Origin: Candidatus Uhrbacteria bacterium
GTDB taxonomy: Bacteria; Patescibacteriota; Patescibacteriia; UBA9934; GWF2-40-263
Assembly: GCA_026395055.1 (NCBI GenBank)
Contig: JAPLZK010000002.1
Location: 192,154-256,153 of the forward strand
Length of the DNA stretch: 64,000 nucleotides
Direction of reading: 5' to 3'
Of this stretch, positions 56,591-64,000 are shown in pieces. Each line of letters opens with the position of its first letter. The first letter of the stretch is position 1. The notes under the pieces were generated by a model. The model was not told the DNA's origin and made no database searches. It saw only the letters and a program-made list of their open reading frames with translations. The position numbers and the translations under genes were made by a program.

Positions 56591-57232
56591 ATGGCGACGA
56601 TCATTCAGCTCTTTGTAAAGCAGCTGATTCCACCACGCATCAAGTTGTTTGATGTGCGTGATGCAACTTCGGCCGCATGGGGCAAGCATCTCGGTCAAAA
56701 ACTTCCGTTGGTTCATGTCTATCATGGAGAGTTCGGAGATTTGGCGCGAGACATGGACGCAATTGTTGTTCCAACGAACAGTGTTGGTTCTCTTGCAAAA
56801 GAATTTGTTGATTACTTCGGTGATCCAATTCTTGAACGGCGTCTTCGTTCCATTGTACGTAGTCGGTATTCTGGCAAGCTGCTCATGGGGCAGGCGGTAC
56901 TGATTGCAACCAACAGTCCGCAATTTCCGTATCTGATCTGCACGCCGTTCGTGCGTTCAGATGGCATTTGTGGCAACGAGCCTACGAATGCGTATGTCAT
57001 CATGCGTGCAATCCTGGAACTTTGGCGATACGGTCGATACAAACGTCGAGTCGTCCGTCGTCTTGTGAAATCCATTGCTGTTCCGTTTCTGGCTCCAGAG
57101 ACGGGAATGTTTCCATTCGACATGATTGCAAAGGAACAGCTGAGGGCTCTTTCAGAATTTTACACAACCTGCTCAGAGTCACAGCGCAGACACGCACACC
57201 TTTCCCTCGTGCCAGATCTTGGCAAAGCCTGA
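56591..57232 (+). CDS. macrodomain protein, degenerate
   Basis: DAIVVPTNSVG, G.LLMGQA, FPYLICTP, SIAVP; lacks the GG loop. Confidence 0.75.
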   Translation: MATIIQLFVKQLIPPRIKLFDVRDATSAAWGKHLGQKLPLVHVYHGEFGDLARDMDAIVVPTNSVGSLAKEFVDYFGDPILERRLRSIVRSRYSGKLLMGQAVLIATNSPQFPYLICTPFVRSDGICGNEPTNAYVIMRAILELWRYGRYKRRVVRRLVKSIAVPFLAPETGMFPFDMIAKEQLRALSEFYTTCSESQRRHAHLSLVPDLGKA

Positions 57233-57338
57233 CCCGATCTTCTCGGGTTTTTTTATTTTGTTCAGTACGGGTACCCTTTACGCAAAGACAACTTTTTGTT
57301 ACTGTCTTCTCGCGTTTATTCGCAACAAAGGAGATCTT

Positions 57339-58001
57339 ATGCTTCGCTCTGCTTCTGGTGTGCCAGGTTTCCCAACAATTGTTTTCTTCGATCTTCAACC
57401 GAGTCTGTGTGCCGCTTGGAGTAAGCTCCTTGCGACCGAGCAGATAGAAAACGTACGTATTCATTGTGGAAGATTTCTGGATCTTTCCGCCGATGCAATT
57501 GTGAGTCCTGCGAACAGTTATGGATTCATGGACGGCGGCATTGATCGTTCGTACTCAGATTTTTTTGGATGGGATCTTCAAAAGATTCTGCAAAAAGAAA
57601 TTGAACTGAAACATCATGGAGAGCTCCTTGTTGGGCAGGCGGAGATGATTGCTACATCAAATGCATCGTTTCCATATCTGATTGCGGCACCGACCATGCG
57701 TGTCCCAATGGTTCTGGGTCCCATAACCGTGAATCCATACCTTGCTATGCGCGCCGTGCTTCTGCTTTGGAAACACGGAATGCACAACGGAAGGAGAGTT
57801 TGCGAGTTCGTTCAATCGATCGCGGTTCCTGGGTTTGCAACCGGAATTGGTCGCGTTCCTCCGGACGTTTGCGCGCGTCAGCAATTCCAGGCTGTGCGTG
57901 AGATGCGTATCTCGCCTTCGTACCCAAACTCCTGGCATGATGCACAGACCAAGCATCAACTTCTCTACACGGATCTTACGTACGATCTTCAGCAGGACTA
58001 G
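57339..58001 (+). CDS. macrodomain ADP-ribose hydrolase
   Basis: DAIVSPANSYGFMDGGID, GELLVGQA, APTMRVP, PGFATGIG. Confidence 0.88.
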   Translation: MLRSASGVPGFPTIVFFDLQPSLCAAWSKLLATEQIENVRIHCGRFLDLSADAIVSPANSYGFMDGGIDRSYSDFFGWDLQKILQKEIELKHHGELLVGQAEMIATSNASFPYLIAAPTMRVPMVLGPITVNPYLAMRAVLLLWKHGMHNGRRVCEFVQSIAVPGFATGIGRVPPDVCARQQFQAVREMRISPSYPNSWHDAQTKHQLLYTDLTYDLQQD

Positions 58002-58083
58002 CCCGATCTCTTCGGGTTTTTTGTTTGCAACGATTCGTTTAAGTCTGCGATATACCTCTGTTAAGTATTCTAATTTTTGTTTT

Positions 58084-58626
58084 ATGAACAAAACACAAGT
58101 ATTTCGTACGGCGGTCGGTATTGCGGCAACAGCGTCCATGCTCATGACAGGAACAGCGTTTGCTGCTCCAAAGGACATGAAGGTTCCGGGTCGCCCAGTT
58201 ATGCATGTACAAACAAAGGGAGTATCTGAAGATCATCTCGTTGGAAAAATTGCTGCTGTAAATGGTTCGGGCTTTACGGTCACTCGTTTAGCCATGAAGA
58301 AAGATGCACCTACGACAGCTTCCTCTGTTCATACAACGGATTCCACAAAATTCATGAAAGACGGAAAAGCAGCAACACTCGCAGATGTTGCAACGGGTCA
58401 AATGGTTGTCGTCTCAGGAACAATTGATAAAGCGACGTCCGTCATGGCGGCAACAAGTGTAAAAATCACATCAGGAAAACCTATGTCAGATGTTATACTT
58501 AAGAAAGACACACTTAAGAATCCTGTCTTGAAGACAAAAATGAAACCTGGTGTCATGAAGGCAAAAGGGGATGACGTGAAAGGAAAGGGAGTAAACAAAG
58601 AAAAGACCGCTCCTGTTCAGAAGTAA
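58084..58626 (+). CDS. secreted OB-fold-like protein (DUF5666-like)
   Basis: Signal peptide ending AFA; GKIAAVNG..FTV, TKF....ATLADVATGQMVVVSG. Confidence 0.7.
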   Translation: MNKTQVFRTAVGIAATASMLMTGTAFAAPKDMKVPGRPVMHVQTKGVSEDHLVGKIAAVNGSGFTVTRLAMKKDAPTTASSVHTTDSTKFMKDGKAATLADVATGQMVVVSGTIDKATSVMAATSVKITSGKPMSDVILKKDTLKNPVLKTKMKPGVMKAKGDDVKGKGVNKEKTAPVQK

Positions 58627-58678
58627 GATAAAAAACACAGCCCTATGAGGCTGTGTTTTTTTTGAACAAATCTTTGGC

Positions 58679-58756
58679 TGGCGGACCGGACGGGATTCGA
58701 ACCCGCGATCTTCTCCGTGACAGGGAGACGTGTTAACCGGGCTACACCACCAGTCC
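58679..58756 (-). tRNA. tRNA-Asp(GTC)
   Basis: GGACTGGTGGTGTAGCCCGGTTAACACG...CTGTCAC...GGTTCGAATCC...GCCA. Confidence 0.95.
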
Positions 58757-58858
58757 AACAGCCACAGATTTGTTCCGAAATGTGACGAAATAATAGCATG
58801 GGGCTTGTTCGAATGCAAGGGGTTCCTCTCCCCCTAAAACCCTAGGATTGCCTAGGGT

Positions 58859-59647
58859 TTATTTGCCGGCTTGTCTATTTCGCGCGAGTTTCTTTTTTTT
58901 GTTTGCTGTCCAGGGTTTTTGTTTTGCGTGGGTTTCTTGGACCGTGATTCCTGCCGCTTTCTTTAATTCATCAATTTCTGATTCCATGAGTGGGCGCCAG
59001 TTGCCAACAGGATAGGTGGAAATCATTTTGAGTGTGAGGATTCGGGAGCGCATGAGTGTTTCAACTTCGTACCCAAGAGCCATACACATACGACGAATCA
59101 AATCTTGTTTTGATTCAGAAAGAATGATGGCGAATCGGCGAGGATCAAGTTGACGTGCTTTTGTTGGTTTGGTCATTCCATCTTTTAGCTGGATGCCGTT
59201 TTGTAATTTAATGATGTCTCCGCGAGGGATTGGCTTGTCTACTTCAACCACAAACTCTTGGTCGAGGGTGTATTTTGGTAATGACAATCGTTTAGAAAAA
59301 AAGGAATCGTTTGTGAGGATGAGGAGACCTTCATCACGCGTACTCATTTCTCCGACGGGAAAAAATGCTTGTTTCAAATCAACAAGGTCGTAAATGTTGT
59401 GTTCCACTTTTTTGTTTAAAGAAATTCCTGCTGGTTTATTCATGAGCAAATAAACGCGACTTGTGCTCTTTTGTCCTCGGTCTCGTCCGTTGACGCGAAC
59501 CGTGTCTTCGTCCCCAACTCTGTCTCCAAGTTTTGCAGGTTTGTTATTCAAAAAAACATTACCAGACGCAATTAAACGGTCCGCTTCACGGCGTGAGCAG
59601 TAATGCTGATCAGCAAGATATTTGTTAATGCGGACTGGTTCGGACAT
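58859..59647 (-). CDS. RsuA/RluF-family pseudouridine synthase homolog lacking catalytic Asp
   Basis: S4 domain RINKYLA..CSRREAD, NKPAG, EGLLILTND, IRRM; GRLD replaced by GEMS. Confidence 0.85.
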   Translation of the reverse strand: MSEPVRINKYLADQHYCSRREADRLIASGNVFLNNKPAKLGDRVGDEDTVRVNGRDRGQKSTSRVYLLMNKPAGISLNKKVEHNIYDLVDLKQAFFPVGEMSTRDEGLLILTNDSFFSKRLSLPKYTLDQEFVVEVDKPIPRGDIIKLQNGIQLKDGMTKPTKARQLDPRRFAIILSESKQDLIRRMCMALGYEVETLMRSRILTLKMISTYPVGNWRPLMESEIDELKKAAGITVQETHAKQKPWTANKKKKLARNRQAGK

Positions 59648-59742
59648 ATGCGTGTGAGGATAGTCGATAAAAGGGATTTTGGCAACAGAAAATATCTCAC
59701 AAAAAAAGATGTTCGATTTTGTCGAACATCCGTAAGAGGAGT

Positions 59743-60660
59743 CTAGTCTAGATTTACTTCCCATTGACGCTCGGCACCAGATGGTGCGTGCACTTCGGGC
59801 TGGGGGGGTCTTGGGATGGTCAGTGCTTCCAAAGTTGGTTTCACGGGCGCAATGGGCGCTTGAGGAGCAACCGTGGCTTGTTCTGCGGGAGGAGCAATGA
59901 TCTGTGTTTCCGGAGGGGGAGTCGCGACCTCGGGAGAATTGATTGTATCCGTATTGCTCACAGTGTCCGGTGTATTGTTGGTCACTGGTGCAGAGGGTTG
60001 TGCTTTCGGTTGTGCAGCAACAGCTCGCGGCTTCTTGCTGAAGTGTTGCATACCGCCAAGGATCGCCACAGATGCAAGGACAATCAGTGCGACCAAGCGG
60101 AGCGGATGGCTTTGTTTGGGAGCGCTCGGCGGAATTGGTGGAGGTGTGATGGGTGTGGCTGCGACCGCAGGCGCTTTGCTTGCAGATGCAACGGTTGCGA
60201 TCGGAGTTCCTGCGCCAGCAGCCGGAGTGCTTGGTAGTGGCACAAGACCGGCAGGCTTCACAATCGAAAGGGTTGCGGCGGGTGTGGGGGCGGTAATCGG
60301 AGTCGCCGCAGACTTCGTTTCGACAACAGGTGTCATCGCAGCCACAGTTACCGTTTCTTCTTCTCGGGTCGTGGGATCGTCTCTTTTTTCAACAGCAAGC
60401 GGAAAAGCACCGGCTGCACTGAATCCGTCTCGAGAGGTGAACTTCAGGACCGCGCGATGGTTCGCCTTTTCGTCCACAGACTCGATTTCAAGCAGATGCC
60501 TTTCGAAGATGATCGAGCCCTCAACGAGCGAAATCATCAGGTATTTGTCTCCAACGACCGCAAGAGGTTTCTTTTGGTTGTCCAGCCCTTCAATGACGAA
60601 TTCGGCCTCAAAGGCACGGTTCGGTTTTGGGTCCGGGGAAAAAAAGAATGTCCTTGGCAT
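59743..60660 (-). CDS. hypothetical Pro/Ala-rich single-TM protein
   Basis: GGGAGG SD, upstream TTGACT-17-TAGTTT, globular N-terminus, TM. Confidence 0.7.
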   Translation of the reverse strand: MPRTFFFSPDPKPNRAFEAEFVIEGLDNQKKPLAVVGDKYLMISLVEGSIIFERHLLEIESVDEKANHRAVLKFTSRDGFSAAGAFPLAVEKRDDPTTREEETVTVAAMTPVVETKSAATPITAPTPAATLSIVKPAGLVPLPSTPAAGAGTPIATVASASKAPAVAATPITPPPIPPSAPKQSHPLRLVALIVLASVAILGGMQHFSKKPRAVAAQPKAQPSAPVTNNTPDTVSNTDTINSPEVATPPPETQIIAPPAEQATVAPQAPIAPVKPTLEALTIPRPPQPEVHAPSGAERQWEVNLD

Positions 60661-60825
60661 GGAAGCCTCCCTTGTAGCACTGTGTTTCGCGACGCCTTTC
60701 GACGCGAAGTCCGAAATCAGATGGACGCGTTAAACTATCACGAAAACGACGCAAAGTCAAGGTGCGTTGCTTGTGAGAGAGTAAGAAGGGAAAACAAAAA
60801 CCACCTGTTTCCAGGTGGTTTATTT

Positions 60826-61170
60826 TTATTTTGCTTTTTCTACAACCTTTGCAAACACGGATGGGTGGTCTTTTGCAAGTGTTGAAAGGATCTTTCGATC
60901 CAATGCAATGTTTGCCTTTTTAACCATGTCCATGAATTTGCTGTAGCTGAGGTCGAATGTTCGTACGCCCGCGTTGATGCGAACTTGGAAAAGACGACGA
61001 AATGCACGCTTCTTGTTGCGACGATCGCGATACGCGTTAACACCTGCCTTCAAAAAAGCAGGGCGCGCAAGCTTAATGCTTGATTTGCGCTTCCACATCA
61101 TCCCTTTAACTTTTTTCAGCAAGTTTTTGCGGCGCTTAACATGCTGGGTTCCACGTTTTACTCGAGGCAT
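60826..61170 (-). CDS. rplT: 50S ribosomal protein L20
   Basis: MPRVKRG, AYRDRRNKKR.FR.L...RINA, LDRKIL. Confidence 0.97.
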   Translation of the reverse strand: MPRVKRGTQHVKRRKNLLKKVKGMMWKRKSSIKLARPAFLKAGVNAYRDRRNKKRAFRRLFQVRINAGVRTFDLSYSKFMDMVKKANIALDRKILSTLAKDHPSVFAKVVEKAK

Positions 61171-61197
61171 AGAATTTTGATAGGTCCAGTTCAGCGA

Positions 61198-61395
61198 TTA
61201 TTTCTGTTTCTGGATTAACATCTTCACGGTTTTTGTATAAGACTCAGAAAGACTGACATCACGGCGTTTTTTACGGGTGATTTTTCCTGGATCGCGGGTA
61301 TTAAAATGATCTTGCCCTGCATAGCGCTTCATCACTTTTCCGGTTTTTGTTACTTTGAGGCGCTTTGCAGTCGCCTGGTGTGTTTTGGTTTTCAT
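61198..61395 (-). CDS. rpmI: 50S ribosomal protein L35
   Basis: KTH..AKRLKVTKTGK; between infC and rplT. Confidence 0.93.
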   Translation of the reverse strand: MKTKTHQATAKRLKVTKTGKVMKRYAGQDHFNTRDPGKITRKKRRDVSLSESYTKTVKMLIQKQK

Positions 61396-61483
61396 AGGAA
61401 AGTCTCCGGAAGTATATAAGAATAGGGGGAAGGCGTCAAGGCTTGTGGGGATGCTCCTTGTGGGTATCCGTCAGGCAGAATTA

Positions 61484-62035
61484 CTAGGCTTTTGTGACAA
61501 TGGCTGTTATTTTTCCACCTTGGTAGGTTACAGCCTGTTCAATACGGAGGTTGTATTTAGCTTTAAGGCTCTCGACAAAACGGGTAATAACCGCTTCCGC
61601 CACGTCTCTGTGGGCTTTTTCACGGCCACGCAAGGGAAGTTCTACGTTTACCTTGTCTCCACGATCAAGAAATTTACCAGCCTGTGCCAAGCGTACATCA
61701 AAGTCGTGGGCTCCAATACGGAATGTAAGGCGAATCCCTTTTGTTTCCACTTCTTTTGATTGGGCCTTCTGTTTACGAGCTTCTTTTTCTTTTTGATATT
61801 TAAATGCTCCGTAATCAAGGATTTTACAAACAGGAGGTTCTGCTTTTGGAGAAACCTCAACTAAATCAAGCTCTTTGGCTCTTGCAATGACAATAGCGTC
61901 CTCGGTTTTGAGGATTCCGAGTGGTTTTCCTTCGTCATCAACAACCCGAACTTCTGGGGCGGTGATTTTTTCATTCATCCGAAATTTTTGGACGTGAAGG
62001 TTAGATTGTCTGGCTCTGTGGCGGTGAATACGCAT
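61484..62035 (-). CDS. infC: translation initiation factor IF-3
   Basis: NEKI..EVRVV, LDLVEVSP..PPVCKILDYG, IGAHD, RGRE. Confidence 0.95.
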   Translation of the reverse strand: MRIHRHRARQSNLHVQKFRMNEKITAPEVRVVDDEGKPLGILKTEDAIVIARAKELDLVEVSPKAEPPVCKILDYGAFKYQKEKEARKQKAQSKEVETKGIRLTFRIGAHDFDVRLAQAGKFLDRGDKVNVELPLRGREKAHRDVAEAVITRFVESLKAKYNLRIEQAVTYQGGKITAIVTKA

Positions 62036-62097
62036 AGTTGTCGCTAGTTTAATCGGAATGCTGGAATTAATCAAGCAATCCGCTATACTTCCTGTGT

Positions 62098-62538
62098 ATG
62101 CCGAGTTTAGCCACCAATAAAAAAGCCGGGTTTGACTATGAACTTCAAGAACAATTTGAAGCAGGCTTGGTATTGCTTGGTTGGGAAGTGAAGTCGGCAA
62201 AGGCGGGACATGTCCAATTAAAGGGTTCTTTTTTGCATATTCAGAACGGAGAACTTTGGCTCAAGAACGCGTTTATCAGTCCTTACAAACCAGCAGGGAA
62301 TCAGGAAGTAAAGTCGGATCGTGACAGAAAAGTTTTGGTGCACAAGCGAGAGTTGAAACGGTTGATGGGAAAAAAACTGACAGAAGGGTTAACACTCGTC
62401 CCACTTCGCATCTACACAAAAGGAAATTTGGTAAAGCTTGTGTTTGCCGTTGCAAAAGGAAAAAAGAAATATGAAAAACGTGAAGCAATAAAAAAGCGCG
62501 ATGTAGACAGACAAATGAAAGAACACATGCGAGATTAA
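62098..62538 (+). CDS. smpB: SsrA-binding protein
   Basis: NKKAGFDY, EAGLVLLGWEVKS, RDRKVL, GKKKYEKRE. Confidence 0.96.
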   Translation: MPSLATNKKAGFDYELQEQFEAGLVLLGWEVKSAKAGHVQLKGSFLHIQNGELWLKNAFISPYKPAGNQEVKSDRDRKVLVHKRELKRLMGKKLTEGLTLVPLRIYTKGNLVKLVFAVAKGKKKYEKREAIKKRDVDRQMKEHMRD

Positions 62539-62571
62539 AAAAGCACCCGAGGTTATCGAGTGCAAGGAAAG

Positions 62572-63645
62572 TCAGAGTTTCACAGGCCAGGATCGATCGG
62601 ATCCAGACGGCGCGTGGTAAGTGTCGTCAGGTTCGGTCTTTTTTGTTCTGCCCTTTTTCTCTTCCGTTGAGGGTTTGACGAGGATTGGCTCGTCGGGAAC
62701 GTCTCGACAAGGGCCGTTTGTGATGTCGAAGCAAGAATTCGTTTTGTAGCCGTGTCCAGGGTTGAATGCTGCGACCGCATCTTTGATTGCGGCCCACCCA
62801 CCCTTCTTCGGCTCCATCTCAAGGACGAACAATCCGGCTCCCTTGTAGAACCGTGCTGCCGTTTCTGTGAACTTCTTTACGCTCGCAGCGTCCGTCTGTT
62901 CGCCGTAGGTGCGACCAATTGGAATCAGGCGGCACCGCGATTTTGGATACCGCGCACGAATACTGTCGAATTGGTCTTGGGCGTAGGAAAGAGCGTTCTG
63001 CGGTTGCATGATCACCCTTTTCCCGTTCTCGAACGCTTCGAATTGCATCCAGTACGCCTGAGGCAAGAAGTAATCGGAGTACTGGAAGGCAATGCCCCAC
63101 AGCTTCTTGTTCAGATTCATGAGGTGCGGAAACGTTGACGACATCAGGATTTTGTCTGAGCGCGCGTCCACCTCTTTGCGCAGGAGACGGAAGACCATCT
63201 CCCACTTTTCCGTACTGACTCCAAACAGTCCAAGGTCATCGATGATCATGCCGTCGGCCCCCATGTCGAGGGTGCGTGCGGCGAGTCGAACGGATTCTGT
63301 GATGGACGTATCATTTGTCAGGCGGGCGGTGTAGTAGGAATAGACGCGCATGCCCTCTGCATGAAACGCGTCCACCAAATCCTCTGAAAAGCAGGGAACC
63401 CACTTTCCGTTCACGACCGTGCCCCAACTTCCGCCGTCGTGACTTTTGATCATGACGTACGCGAAGCCTTTGACTTTGATCTCGTTTGCGTACTTGCGTG
63501 CTGCCTCTTTGCTTGCGGCCGGCAGAACCGAGCCTTTGAATGTGAAAATCCCCATTCCCTCCATTTGCGCCGGCAACTGATTTGCAAAAGCGGCCGTCGA
63601 AAGGAAGAGAGAAAACAGACACAGTGTAAAAAGGACATGTTTCAT
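62572..63645 (-). CDS. secreted putative glycoside hydrolase-like (TIM-barrel) protein
   Basis: AGGAGG SD, signal peptide ending AFA, YVMIKSHDG, GADGMIIDD, LPQAYW; own TTGACA-17-TATCTT promoter. Confidence 0.6.
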   Translation of the reverse strand: MKHVLFTLCLFSLFLSTAAFANQLPAQMEGMGIFTFKGSVLPAASKEAARKYANEIKVKGFAYVMIKSHDGGSWGTVVNGKWVPCFSEDLVDAFHAEGMRVYSYYTARLTNDTSITESVRLAARTLDMGADGMIIDDLGLFGVSTEKWEMVFRLLRKEVDARSDKILMSSTFPHLMNLNKKLWGIAFQYSDYFLPQAYWMQFEAFENGKRVIMQPQNALSYAQDQFDSIRARYPKSRCRLIPIGRTYGEQTDAASVKKFTETAARFYKGAGLFVLEMEPKKGGWAAIKDAVAAFNPGHGYKTNSCFDITNGPCRDVPDEPILVKPSTEEKKGRTKKTEPDDTYHAPSGSDRSWPVKL

Positions 63646-63765
63646 TGAGCAGTACCTCCTGTTGTTTGTGGTCAAGAAACGTCTAAAGATACCTGGAAAA
63701 ATGCTGTTTGTCAATGGTTTACGCACGGGAAACAAAAAACCGCACAAATGGTGCGGAGAGGGTGC

Positions 63766-63999
63766 TTATCGAAGGGTTTCAAGGACGAGAGGTTCGAGTT
63801 CAGTCCAGGATCGGACGATTTGCTCGCCTTGCATGCGGTCGGCATACGTATGAAGCTCTCGATCCGATGGGTTGAAGACGTAGCGGTGCGTTACGATCCC
63901 TTGCATGGAGACCAGGATTTCTGCCCGGTCATCAATGAAGTGCGTAATTCCAAGCGCCTTGCAGATCCCAGCTTTTTCCGGACGTCGCAGGCAAAACCT
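63766..63999 (-). CDS. HAD-superfamily protein (C-terminal part, runs off window)
   Basis: Read directly: RFCLRRPEKAGICKALGITHFIDDRAEIL...VRSWTELE*; K and DD motifs. Confidence 0.65.
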   Translation of the reverse strand, partial: RFCLRRPEKAGICKALGITHFIDDRAEILVSMQGIVTHRYVFNPSDRELHTYADRMQGEQIVRSWTELEPLVLETLR

Positions 64000-64000
64000 G

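Noticed and set aside
54937-58680. Prophage or integrative element at the tRNA-Asp 3' end
   Set aside because: No integrase, phage genes or duplicated tRNA end seen; treated as an accessory islet.
59873-60733. 286 aa + strand ORF opposite the Pro/Ala-rich gene
   Set aside because: Mirror of low-complexity codons; the minus-strand gene has the promoter, SD and TM.
62539-62571. tmRNA next to smpB
   Set aside because: Only a short hairpin; no room or GGGG...ACCA ends.

Overview
64 kb of chromosome from a Patescibacteria/CPR-type bacterium (inferred from rpsE-rplO adjacency without rpmD, CPR-style pilin-anchored giant surface proteins and SD-poor core genes; genetic code 11). Core genes: end of the spc operon (rpsE, rplO, secY, adk, map), yqgF, recO, asnS, archaeal-type aspS, scpAB, parAB, a short RelA/SpoT, topA, dprA, pth, der, an LCP protein, lepB, hisS, rpsU, ybeY, dgkA, ftsA, ftsZ, nrdR, an HtrA protease, pyk, infC-rpmI-rplT, smpB and four tRNAs (Met, Leu, fMet, Asp). 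A 15 kb surface locus contains a YqeY-pilin fusion, a pilin-Ig protein, a 3336 aa Cys-rich protein and three Ca-binding repeat proteins. Small self-contained accessory genes and several palindromic repeat elements are scattered between core genes. The best new signal is a 14-codon Asn/Asp-rich leader peptide (MHRISLANNNDDNS) with alternative antiterminator/terminator pairings in front of a probable non-discriminating AspRS, i.e. a ribosome-mediated Asn/Asp attenuator. Also notable: a pseudouridine synthase lacking its catalytic Asp, an intact/degenerate macrodomain pair, a palindromic element inserted in-frame in dprA, and near-leaderless core genes versus SD-led accessory genes. All family calls come from motif recognition by eye; no database searches were run.
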